From Ranitomeya imitator (Eukaryota): a stretch of DNA of 64,000 nucleotides. The stretch is from assembly GCF_032444005.1 (NCBI RefSeq), contig NC_091288.1, forward strand, positions 210,614,001 to 210,678,000, written 5' to 3'. This document shows, in pieces, positions 46,801-57,900 of the stretch. Under the pieces are notes generated by a model. The model was not told the origin of the DNA. It saw only the letters and a list, made by a program, of their open reading frames with translations, and made no database searches. Within the stretch, counting starts at the first letter, position 1, and the number at the start of each line of letters is the position of its first letter. A program made the translations under genes and the position numbers.

Positions 46801-48476
46801 GGGTCCTCCTCACTACACCCCCCGTATAACCAGTGCAGGGTCCTCCCCACTACACCCCCCATATAACCAGTACAGGGTCCTCCCCACTACACCCCACATA
46901 TAACTAGAGCAGGGTCCTCCCCACTACACCCCCCATATAACCAGTACAGGGTCCTCCCCACTATATCCCCCTATAACCAGTACAGGGTCCTCCCCACTAC
47001 ACCCCCCATATAACCTGTGCAGGGTCCTCCCCACTACACCCCTCTATAACTAGTGCAGGGTCCCCCCATTATACCCCTCTATAACCAGTGCAGGGTCCCC
47101 CCCACTATATCCCCCTATAACTAGTACAGGGTCCTCCCCACTACACCCCCCATATAACCAGTACAGGGTCCTCCCCACTATATCCCCCTATAACCAGTGC
47201 AGGGTCCTCCCCACTATATCCCCCTATAACCAGTACAGGGTCCTCCCCACTACACCCCCCATATAACCAGTACAGGGTCCTCCCCACTACACCCCCCATA
47301 TAACCTGTGCAGGGTCCTCCCCACTACACCCCTCTATAACTAGTGCAGGGTCCCCCCATTATACCCCTCTATAACCAGTGCAGGGTCCCCTCCACTATAT
47401 CCCCCTATAACTAGTACAGGGTCCTCCCCACTACACCCCCCATATAACCAGTACAGGGTCCTCCCCACTATATCCCCCTATAACCAGTGCAGGGTCCTCC
47501 CCACTATATCCCCCTATAACCAGTACAGGGTCCTCCCCACTACACCCCCCATATAACCTGTGCAGGGTCCTCCCCACTACACCCCTCTATAACTAGTGCA
47601 GGGTCCCCCCATTATACCCCTCTATAACCAGTGCAGGGTCCCCCCACTATATCCCCCTATAACTAGTACAGGGTCCTCCCCACTACACCCCCCATATAAC
47701 CAGTACAGGGTCCTCCCCACTATATCCCCCTATAACCAGTGCAGGGTCCTCCCCACTATATCCCCCTATAACCAGTGCAGGGTCCTCCCCACTACACCCC
47801 CCGTATAACCAGTGCAGGGTCCCCCCCACTACATCCCCCTATAACCAGTACAGGGTCCCCCCCACTATATCCCCCTATAACCAGTGCAGGGTCCCCCCCA
47901 CTACACCCCCCGTATAACCAGTACAGGGTCCCCCCCACTACATCCCCCTATAACCAGTACAGGGTCCCCCCCACTATATCCCCCTATAACCAGTGCAGGG
48001 TCCCCCCCACTACACCCCCCGTATAACCAGTACAGGGTCCCCCCCACTATATCCCCCTATAACCAGTGCAGGGTCCCCCCCACTACACGCCCCGTATAAC
48101 CAGTGCAGGGTCCCCCCCACTACATCTCCCTATAACCAGTACAGGGTCCCCCCCACTACACCCCCCTATAACCAGTACAAGATCCCCCCCACTATATCCC
48201 CCTATAACCAGTACAGGATCCCCCCCACTATATCCCCCTATAACCAGTACAGGAGCCCATTCCTCCCCTCTATACCCCCCTATTTGTATCCCCTTTATAG
48301 TGACACATGCAGGGTCCTCCCCACTATTTGCAGGGTCACCTGACCATATCCCCTTATAGTGACACATGCAGGGTCCCTCACTCCCCAGTGCAGCCCCTTC
48401 CCCCCATCTCACCCTTGTTCTTCTGGGTCCTGGCGATCTCCTTCTCGATCTCGGAGATCTTCTCCAGGATCCCCAT
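37751..48476 (-). CDS. DRG2: Developmentally regulated GTP-binding protein 2, complete gene span, 13 exons, 1095 nt = 364 aa
   Basis: [21 protein letters not shown] start; GFPSVGKS (G1), DLPG (G3), NKID (G4); TGS-domain C-terminus [10 protein letters not shown]; exon lengths sum to 364 codons plus stop. Confidence 0.97.
38005..38887. repeat. Minisatellite, 86-bp then 78-bp units (ccagagctgcactcactattctgctggtgcagtcactgtgtacatac...)
   Basis: ORF-track starts recur every 86 bp. Confidence 0.95.
39061..39114 (-). CDS. DRG2: DRG2 exon 12 ([18 protein letters not shown])
   Basis: 54 nt, cag/gtgagt. Confidence 0.95.
39231..39852. repeat. Minisatellite, 37-bp unit (ctgccaacatgcacagccccagctctcctctcctcct)
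   Basis: Direct reading. Confidence 0.95.
40085..40490. repeat. Degenerate about 60-bp tandem repeat (gattcagcagcagcagggaggagggacagtgagggg...)
   Basis: Direct reading. Confidence 0.8.
40999..41057 (-). CDS. DRG2: DRG2 exon 11 ([20 protein letters not shown])
   Basis: 59 nt, cag/gtaaga. Confidence 0.95.
41331..41419 (-). CDS. DRG2: DRG2 exon 10 ([29 protein letters not shown])
   Basis: 89 nt, cag/gtaatg. Confidence 0.95.
41427..42130. repeat. Purine-rich minisatellite, 28-bp unit (aaaaagccagagagggatgggacgcgag), filling DRG2 intron 9
   Basis: Direct reading. Confidence 0.95.
42175..42251 (-). CDS. DRG2: DRG2 exon 9 ([26 protein letters not shown])
   Basis: 77 nt, tag/gtgaga. Confidence 0.95.
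42431..42528 (-). CDS. DRG2: DRG2 exon 8 ([13 protein letters not shown]...[10 protein letters not shown])
   Basis: 98 nt, cag/gtaagt. Confidence 0.94.
42529..42849 (-). other. DRG2: U12-type (minor spliceosome) GT-AG intron, DRG2 intron 7
   Basis: 5' site GTATCCTTCC; branch-like CCTTAAT (42543-42549) about 14 nt upstream of CAG. Confidence 0.88.
42850..42940 (-). CDS. DRG2: DRG2 exon 7 ([12 protein letters not shown]...LVQLILHEY)
   Basis: 91 nt, tag acceptor, U12-type donor gtatcctt. Confidence 0.94.
43639..43711 (-). CDS. DRG2: DRG2 exon 6 ([24 protein letters not shown])
   Basis: 73 nt, cag/gtaagt. Confidence 0.95.
43806..43896 (-). CDS. DRG2: DRG2 exon 5 ([30 protein letters not shown])
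   Basis: 91 nt, tag/gtgagc. Confidence 0.95.
44022..44082 (-). CDS. DRG2: DRG2 exon 4 ([21 protein letters not shown])
   Basis: 61 nt, cag/gtgagg. Confidence 0.95.
44242..45542. mobile_element. Non-autonomous piggyBac-like element (1.3 kb) in DRG2 intron 3
   Basis: TTAA TSD both sides; TIR CCCCTT(T)AATGAC / GTCACTAAGGGG; no transposase ORF. Confidence 0.8.
45626..45715 (-). CDS. DRG2: DRG2 exon 3 ([30 protein letters not shown])
   Basis: 90 nt, cag/gtgaca. Confidence 0.95.
46270..46430 (-). CDS. DRG2: DRG2 exon 2 ([16 protein letters not shown]...GFPSVGK)
   Basis: 161 nt, cag acceptor, donor gtcggt (frame requires this donor). Confidence 0.92.
46470..48250. repeat. C-rich minisatellite, 35-37-bp unit (taaccagtgcagggtcctccccactacacccccgta), filling DRG2 intron 1
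   Basis: Direct reading. Confidence 0.95.
48413..48476 (-). CDS. DRG2: DRG2 exon 1
   Basis: ATG at 48476, 64 nt, gtgaga donor. Confidence 0.95.
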
Positions 48477-48544
48477 GTCTGCGGCCTCCTCACTGCTGCC
48501 AGCACAGACGTGAAAGGAAGCAGCCAAGCACACTGGAGCCGGGG

Positions 48545-48602
48545 AAGGGCGGAGCTTCTAGCTGACGTCATTAGCCGGCGCCCGTCACTCGGTCGCCATC
48601 TT
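48545..48602 (-). promoter_or_regulatory. DRG2 proximal promoter: GC box, full CRE palindrome, YY1-like motif
   Basis: GGGCGGAG 48547-48554, TGACGTCA 48563-48570, CGCCATCTT 48594-48602, 70-125 nt upstream of ATG. Confidence 0.7.
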
Positions 48603-50201
48603 TAGTAAGGGCATTCTTCCCTTCATTTTTGCTCTTATGTCTCCTTTGACACATTATACAAGTGGTTGATTTTGAGACTAAATGCACAAATAAAGGCACA
48701 CTTGGTACTTGTTTATCCCAAAATTAGTTTGTCGGTCTAATCACGGGGCCTGACACCCCATCAGCATACTTTCTACATTGTTTTACCTGTTCTCAGGGAG
48801 ACTAAAGAGGATTTTGTGCTCATATTTGGGCTTAAGCTGTATGGGCAGTGAAAGGGGTTGTTCCTGACTAGCTCTGTGATAGTGGACAGCTTGGTTGTTA
48901 GGAATGCACTCCTTAGCAACAGTTGTCAGGGTGTAATAATCTGGACCAGATTATTTGGGATAAAATTGATATTAATCTGAGCACAGAGACGCCTGGCAGC
49001 TCTGTGTCACTTCCCCGCCCTCATTTTGGCCCAGAGACAAGATGGGCTCCTACAGAAGTGCCCTGGCCTTTGACGTGACGCACGCCATCACAGTCAGCAG
49101 ACCGTGGCATATTCCCCTAGTTTCAGGTTTTTAAAAACGCCAAGAGTTTGATGTAAAGTGACCAGAACCATTCCTGAGGTGTTTTCCAACATGGAGCCGC
49201 TCCATAATTTACAATAGACGTCAATGAGGCTTTAAAAACAACAAAAACCCACAAGCGCTTGAGGCCTTTTTAATTTTGTTGCCATAAGAACGCGAACATT
49301 TTATTCATTGCTTAACAGGTTTATAAAAAAAAATGGGAGAAAATCGTAAAAAAATAAGAAAAAACAAAAGACTCCTCAAAAACACAGATAAAACATTTCA
49401 AGACAAAAAAAAAATCACCACAGAGGGGAAAAAATATTTTTGCTGATTGTTTGGAGCAGAAATTGAATGGAAAGTGAGTTGAGAATTGGATCGTTGACGC
49501 TCGGTGGCTTTGTGCACGCGGAGTATTTCGGGGAGGTTTGAGAGCAGAAACTGAGAAGAAACTTTTCCAATTCCTCAAAAATGCAAAACTCTTCAAAAAC
49601 TTGGGAGGTACGGCACAGGTTCCTGCAAGGAATAAACTCCCAAAACTCAGCGGGTATATAGCCCATTTCTGCTCCAAAACCTCTGCGTGCATATAGACTT
49701 GAGGATTTTGGAGCGTTTCTGCTCCAAAAACTTCTGGAAAAAAAAAGAAATCTCATTGTGAACATAACATTATGGAATGTGGACGAGTTTTCGCAGCGAA
49801 TCCTGTCCAAAATCCTCCTTAAAAAACGTAGAAAACTTGTCCAAATTATTTTTGCTGTTCAGTTTTGTGAACTTAAGAGGACCTGGTAGAAAAAAAAAAG
49901 GGAAGATCACTTTTTTTTGTAGCGGATACTGAAGGAAACTTCTTTAAAAAAGGCATTATCCAATTAAAAGGCTGAAAAGAACTCTTCAAAACCTCTTCAG
50001 GAAAAGAAAAATTTCACCCACGACTCCCTTTTCTGAAGCGTTTTTTTGCTTGAAAAACTTGCAGTTATTGACCAAGTCTAAAAATGTGTTTGAGGCAGTT
50101 GAAGATTCTGAGTTTTTAAATGGAATCTGCTTCAGAAAATGACCCTTCTTTGAGAAGTTTTTAGTTTCCTGAAGCGATTTTGGGAGTTTTTCTTCCTTTA
50201 A

Positions 50202-50395
50202 GGCTGCCGTCACACTAGCAGTATTTGGTCAGTATTTTACATCAGTATTTGTAAGCCAAAACCAGGAGTGGGTGATAAATACAGAAGTGGGGCACATGTT
50301 TCCATTACACTTTTCCTCTAATTGTCCCACTCATGGTTTTGGCTGCAAATACTGATGTAAAATACTGACCAAATACTGAACGTGTGACGGCAGCC
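50202..50395. mobile_element. Harbinger-type MITE
   Basis: TIR GGCTGCCGTCACAC, TAA TSD; long internal inverted arms; truncated second copy about 53155-53225. Confidence 0.85.
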
Positions 50396-50413
50396 TAATG
50401 TTGTTTTTTTTAA

Positions 50414-50784
50414 GGCTGTGTGCACACGTTGCGGATTGGGGTGCAGAAGTTTCAGCACAAAATCCGCATCTCCTGGCAGAAAACGCAGGTGCAGATTTGA
50501 CGCGTTTTTTATGCGGATTTTGTGCGTTTTTGTTGCAGACTTGATGCATTTTTTACCCCTGCGGATTTCTATAATGGAAGGGTGCAGAAACGCTGCAGAT
50601 CCGCACAAAAGAAGTGACATGCTCCTTCTTTTGATCCGCAGCGTTTTTCATGCGGAATTTTCCGCACCATCAGCACATTTTTTTTTTTCCTATCGATTTA
50701 CGTTGTACTGTAAATCACTTTGCGAATCTGCACGGAAAAAAACGCTGTGGATCCGCACTAAATCCGCATCGTGTGCACACAGCC
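50414..50784. mobile_element. Harbinger-type MITE
   Basis: TIR GGCTGTGTGCACACG, flanked by TAA/TTA. Confidence 0.8.
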
Positions 50785-52452
50785 TTAGTCTTTTGACAGG
50801 ACAACGCCTAGTTTGGAGCGGTTTTGTTATCAGATTTAGAGCTGAGCGAAGCCGAACCCAAAAGTTCAGGGATCATACTGCACAATAGCGTCCGGCGGTG
50901 AACTCCGAACGCAGACTTCTCCCTAAAGTCTGTTGTGTTTGGTGTTTCAGGGAAAGTCAGGGGTGAGAGAGATAAGAATGGGATGAGAGAGACAAGAATT
51001 TTTTTTCCCCAGATCCAAAGTTCGGGTCCAACTCTGATACCAGAACCAAACTTTGGATCGGGTACCAAAACTGAAACTTCCACGGGTCCGCTCATCTCTA
51101 ATCAGGATCCAATACAACGAGACATGCACTTTATTTTCTAAAAAACAGTTTTTCAAACCTTGAAAGTGGGAAAAAAAAAGCACTCAAAAAGCTGAACCGA
51201 ATAAAAAGAGTCAAAGTATTAATTTAGCGCTTTTTTAGTTTTTTTTTTTTAAAGCAGATCCGTTCCAGAAAAAAATTCACATTTGTTCACTAGATCCCAT
51301 ATTAGGGCCGGATTTGGACATCGGAATTTCATGGTCCTTGCATGGACCGCTAGTTCCGGATCGGCCGAGGATCTCCTGATCAGAACAGTCCCATCTGGGT
51401 ACACATCTCAAGTTTTTCCCAAAAATCACAGTGTGAACACAGATGAAGGGTAAGCATCATATAAGAAAACCTCTTTGGATTTAACATTTGCACCGCTCGC
51501 CATTTTTCGCACTTTTTCAGGAGGGTTCTAAGTGAAATGTGCAGGAAATAAAGCCATTGTGTGCACATACAGTAAAGGAGTTTCTTTGCATTACGGTGCG
51601 GCCACGCACGTCAGTGGATTTCGGTCACAAATGCTGATTTCTTGCAGAAAATCCACGGCGTGACTCGACATTTAGTTTTACGCATTATGTGGATGTTTCT
51701 TGCAATATGCAGCAGTAAATCAGCCCTGTGTGCACACCCTATTCACACAGCGCTTTTGGATAGATCACGGCATTGGTTGTGTTCTTTACGGAGGTAGCAG
51801 AACGCCCGATGGCTCAGCGCTGGACAAGGTCTCCTGCATTCGTAGCATAAGGGCGTGTGCACACATGCTAGGCTTTCCGCTGCTGATTATTCTGGAGATC
51901 TGCAGCAAAACTTACAAATTCCACCTGCAATTGTAATTACATGCAACATATTTAGGGAACATTCATATGGATCATTTCCGATGTTGGATTTTAGCAGCAA
52001 ATCTATAGAAACAATCTTCATGCAAAGTTCTGCAGAAATGCCAACAAGCTGGAAAAAAAATCAAATTTGCAGCATTTTGATGAGATTTCTTAAAATCTAA
52101 TCCACGTTTCTGGTACCATAATACACAACAGATTTTCCATTGTGGAAGTACATTATATGTTCGAAATGGGTGGCAAACCCTTAAAATGTTAATTGTAGAC
52201 TTTACCGACTCGGTAATCTCTCATTCATGATGCCGTCACTGTAAAACATAGCAAATCTCCCACTTAATCCAGGCAGAAAATCTGCAGCGTAGCAGCCATG
52301 TGTAACTGTAGCCTTAGGGGGATGTGGAATCAGGAGTTTTTCTTTTTTTTGTGTGGAGGTGAAGTTTTCTAGTGGAAATAGCTTCAAGAAACGCTCCTTT
52401 GGGGAGTATTTTTTTTGTCTTGAAGCCTTTTGGAAGGTTTGTTTCTCCCTGA

Positions 52453-52739
52453 GGGTACGTGCGCACGCTGCGTAGCCGCAGCAGTTTTCCATGAGTTTAC
52501 AGGTCCATGTAAACCTATGGAAAACAAAATCCGCAGTGCACATGCTGCAGAAAAAAAAAACGCGTGGAAACGCAGCGGTTTACATTCCGCAGCAGGTCAA
52601 TTCTTCGTGCGGATTCCGCAGCGGTTTACACCTGCTCCATAATAGGAATCCGCACAAAAACCAGTACATCTGCAGTGCGGTTTTCCCAAAATCAGTGCGG
52701 AAAAATCCGCACACCATTCTGCAGCGTGTGCACATACCG
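52453..52739. mobile_element. Harbinger-type MITE, abutted by a second related element at 52741
   Basis: GGGTACGTGCGCACG ... CGTGTGCACATACC. Confidence 0.6.
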
Positions 52740-54897
52740 AGGGTACGTGGCCGCGATCCGGAGTTGCTGCGGGTTGGATTCTGCGTACTTGTGCAACGTC
52801 AAACCCGCAGAGTCCAGACGTTACAGAATAGAAGAAATCCCATGCCCACTATGCGTCCACAGACACTCGCGGAGACGGACATGCAGCGCGTCTTTCCATA
52901 CGCTAGTCTCCGCAAGAGAAAATTTCCCCCATGTATTGAACACGGTGAACACATGCGGAATCACCTGCGTTCAATAGACGGCAGAGCTGTGGCCGCAGCG
53001 GACATGTGCTACATCCAAAGCGCTGCCACTTCCAGATTGTGTGCACCCGACCTGATACGTCATTGTGGAGCCTTTTGCTTGGACTGCGCCTAGTTTGTAG
53101 CTGATTCCACCAGGAAAATGACACATGCATTTCCCACCACCCATCAATCGCTTTCGGCCACATTCACACATTGAGTATTCGGTCAGTATTTAACATCAGT
53201 ATTTGTAAGCCAAAACCAGGAGTGGGTTTCGCCGTTATTCTCGCAGAAGCTCCACCACCGGCGTTTTTCCCTCTAACCTCTGGAGCAGCCCAATGACTAA
53301 TCGTGCCCTTCTTTTTGACCGCTTTACCAACCCCGCAGCGGTTAAAAGAAGTGAAATGAGATGAAACATGTGCATTATGTTCAGTTTATGGGGGTGGAAG
53401 GCGCAGTGTGCACACAGGCCCAACAATTAAAACAGACCCAGAGCTGTCACTTCATTTGAGAAATTGGGCAAAGGCCCATGCCCTTGTATCCGTCCACTTC
53501 CAGGCTGATCAAGCCTCCTCCCATCATAGATTTTTTTTTATTATATTTTCTTTATTGTGCATTTGCTGCAATGAAATATCAAATCGGTTCTTGTGCTCCA
53601 GTTGCTGCCAGAACTCAATGCATTGCGATGTGCCCTAGTGCAAGAGATGCTCTAGATTTAACCCTACATTTACCTGGCAGTATTCTGCCCCACTCTATGG
53701 TATTATATATATAAAAAAAAAGAAAAATCAATTTGACCTCTCCATCCATTCTAATCGGTGTAAATAACACATTGAAGCAACAAGTCAGAAGTGTAACAGC
53801 AAGAGTTTCTCTTTGACGGGGAATTAAAAATAAAAAAAAGTTAAAGTGTTTTTTCTCAACAAATGTGCAGCGACTGTGGAATAGATGAGAAGTCTGAAGC
53901 TTTTTTTTTTTTTTGCTTGCGGAGAATCAGAGAGAAAAGCCAGCCACGCTTTAATCCATGACACATAGCAAATACGACAACAACTCCAAAAAAACAGGCT
54001 CCTCGCAAAAATAAAAAAAAATGGTCACTTGCGTCAACAGTCCACCTCGCCGCTGGTCATTTTTTATTACCCATTCAGCTGTGGTGAGCACAGTCTGCCA
54101 GCCGGTGGCGCTGTTCCCACACTTTGCATTCAGACCCTTGAGAAGCCCGGATATCTAGAATTCATTAAAATGAGACTGAACAAGCAGGGGGTGCAACGCG
54201 TCTCCGTCACCCGTTTACGTATACCCTGGAAAAATAGGCCGCCGCAAAATACGGAACTGAATCTTCAGCAGCTCGGTCGGCTCTCAGGAGGCATCCATAG
54301 AATTTTTTTTTATACTTTGATTAAATATATGTGTATTTATAATATATATTTATAGATATATATAAAAAAAAAAATCTGACATTTCCCATTTTCAATGTGA
54401 AAACGGAGAAACGTATTGCAGTCCGAAAACCTTTTCCTTTTTGACATTGGGACCGGAGGACGGGGTGGTGGTGGTGGGGGAAAGTTTTGCTAATTGGTAT
54501 TAGGAATGGGGTAGATCCCCCACAGATGGAGTGTGAAGCTCGTATGTTCAGGGGTGTTTCCGCAGCACCCACCCCCACCGTGATGCAATAATCCATATTC
54601 TGGTCCAATGGGATGCATTTAGGCAAAGGGGTCCATGTTAGTCTTGGAGGGATAAAGCTGAAGGCGCAGTAATGTCAAGCAGGAAAAAAAAAAAAAAATT
54701 AAAACAAAAAACCCAGCGGATTAAAATAAAACCCGCGTACAGAGTGGATGCCGCTGCACGCGTCATTGCTTTAACACTCATACATTCTTCTCAGAGTCGC
54801 TGGGACAGTTAGGAAACGGCAGGTTTCGGTGCGGACAGCTCCGCTCTGTCGGTGCGACGGTGGTGATGGCGGTGGCAGCGGCGAGGTCAGGCTCCTG

Positions 54898-54961
54898 TCA
54901 CCGGAATTCGTAGATGGGTGCACTGTGTTCTGGGACATGCGTCAGGTTTAAGGACTGATAC
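54898..54961 (-). CDS. GID4: GID4 exon 6 coding part ([20 protein letters not shown])
   Basis: cag acceptor, TGA stop 54898-54900. Confidence 0.95.
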
Positions 54962-57900
54962 CTGCAAGGTGAAGAGAAACAGAAGACTCATTGAAGTGAG
55001 TGGAAACAGCCTTATTTACAGACACTGGGTGCCCAAGTCCAATGCTTTGCACAGCAGAAGATTCGTTACAGTAGTCATTAAGTGATGGCAATACACCTGC
55101 GCTGTGTGATGGAGATTGCCGTCACTGGTACTGTATTACATCGCCATATGGTGCCAAGTGCAATAAAACACTAGCAATACAACAGCGCCCTCTGGTGGTG
55201 CAAGTATATGAATTTTTTTTGCCTTTGACCATAACATTCTTCTTGCAGGAATGTCACTAGGAGCCCTGCAGCGCTCACCATTCTGAGCTCCGGTGATAAT
55301 AGTAACCCTCTATGGATGCCGCCGACTTCTGGAAGCAAATGTAGTAGAAGCCGGCAAAGGAAGCGCCGCTGATGTCTTTGATTGTGTGATCAGGCACCAG
55401 GAACTGTTCCTGCAGAGGAGAGAGAGGAAACCATGTAAACCCTAAATCGCATGGGGGGGGGGTCTATAATCTGCACCCATCTCGTTATAGACGGGGGGGG
55501 GGGGGGGGGGGGGTTATAACCTGCACCCTGCTCGTTATAGACGGGGGTGGGTATATAATCTACACCCCTCTCGATATAGACGGGAGGGGGGGGTTCTATA
55601 ATCTGCACCCATCTCATTATAGATGGGGGGGGGGGGGGGGGTGTTATAATCTGCACCCTGCTCGTTATAGACGGGGGTGGGTATATAATCTACACCCTTC
55701 TCGATATAGACGGGAGGGGGGGGGGGGGGGGTTCTATAATCTGCACCCATCTCATTATAGATGGGGGGGGGGGGGGTGTTATAATCTGCACCCTGCTCGT
55801 TAGTGACGGGGGTGGGTATATAATCTGCGCCCATCTCGTTATAGACAGGGGGGGGGGGTTATAATCTGCACCCTGCTTGTTATAGACAGGGGTGGGTATA
55901 TAATCTGCACCCTTCTCGTTATAGACGAGGGGGAGGTTGTCCATAATCTGCGCCCTTCTCGTTATAGACGAGGGGGGGGGGTGTCCATAATCTGCGCCCA
56001 TCTCGTTATAGACGAGGGGGGGGGGGGGTTGTCCATAATCTGCGCCCATCTCGTTATAGACGAGGGGGGGGTTGTCCATAATCTGCGCCCATCTCGTTAT
56101 AGACGAGGGGGGGGTTGTCCATAATCTGCGCCCATCTCGTTATAGACGAGGGGGGGGTTGTCCATAATCTGCGCCCATCTCGTTATAGACGAGGGGGGGG
56201 GGGGGTTGTCCATAATCTGCGCCCATCTCGTTATAGACGAGGGGGGTTGTCCATAATCTGCGCCCATCTCGTTATAGACGAGGGGGGGGTTGTCCATAAT
56301 CTGCGCCCTTCTCGTTATAGACGGGGGGGGGGGGGGGGGAGGGGGGGGGGGGTTGTCCATAACCTGCGCCCATCTCGTTATAGACGAGGGGGGTTGTCCA
56401 TAATCTGCGCCCATCTCGTTATAGACGAGGGGGAGGTTGTCCATAATCTGCGCCCATCTCGTTATAGACGAGGGGGGGGGGGGGGGGTTGTCCATAATCT
56501 GCGCCCATCTCGTTATAGACGAGGGGGGGGGGGGTGTTGTCCATAATCTGCGCCCATCTCATTATAGACGAGGGGGGGGGGGGGTTGTCCATAATCTGCG
56601 CCCATCTCATTATAGACGAGAGGGGGGGGGGGGGGGGGGGTGTTGTCCATAATCTGCGCCCATCTCGTCATAGACGAGGGGGGGGGGGGGTTGTCCATAA
56701 TCTGCACCCTTCTCGTTATAGACGGGGGGGGGATCTATAATCTGCACCCCTCTCGTTATAGACGGGGGTGTGTGTCTATAACCTGCACCCTTCTCGTTAT
56801 AGATGGGGGGGGGGGGGGGGTCTATAATCTGCACCCTTCTCATTATAGATGAGGGGGGTCTGGTCTTTTTAAGAAAGGTTACAGGAAAACGCACCTTCCA
56901 CCTCATGAAGACGTAATCGCCGGCTTTCAGTTCCTCGAATCCAAAGTCATCGGAATTAAAGGTTTTGGCGTACTGGTAGAAAGCCTGGAACTTCCCCTGT
57001 GTGGAGAGACGATGGGTCAGTGCCCAGGGGGGCAGAATACGAGCGGCGGAGAGTGACCGGCCCACATACTGCCCACGCTCACCCAGTGCTTCCTGTCCAC
57101 GTCCTCATCCGCGTCCCACTTTCTGGTTAAGAAGGGATGTTTTCTACTGATTATCTCCCCTTCAAAGAAGGTGGTGAGGGTCGGGTATTCCTGAAAAGAG
57201 GATGAAGGAGGGAATAAAGCAGATTCTATAGGTGGGAGCTGTAACACCAGACAAAGGGAAAGACGAGGCATCTCGCTGAGCTGGGCCAGAGGTGGCCGTC
57301 CATGTGTGATCCTCTCCATTCACTTCTATGGGAGTTCTGATAATTGCCAAGCAAGCATGCTCCCATAGAGGTGACAAGAGGTGAGCTTGGCGACCACCTC
57401 CTTACCTCCCCATGCTAGAGATAGACACGGGGTTTAGAAAAGAGGGATTCTCAGCCAGAAATATCCGAGATGGGAATAGCCCTTTAAAAAAAAGGGACAG
57501 TGCCGTCACAGAGGTGGAGGGACGACTAGAGACCCAGCTCCTAGGACAGCGCGCTATATGGTGGCCTGCAGCTTCCTGTACCCTGAGCGGTCCAGATGGC
57601 AGGATCACAGCCGTGCCCCCTCAAGGTCTCCTAAAATGCACACACGAGGAAAGAGGCGCCCAGTGCCCCAAGCTGCAAAAAGGAAGAGCTTATGGGGTCA
57701 CCGAGGGGCTTCCTGATCTATATTGTGACCCTCCGAACCTGGCGGGGGTACATGGACGGACGAACAAAGCAATCTGTGCTGTAAGGAGAGTCCGCCTATG
57801 ATTAAAAATAATCAGCCCATGCCTTTAAACAAAAAATTAAAAAAACGCCCCTTTAATAATCATGGCCGCCATTTCCCTACTATTGGTCCAGCCATCTAGA

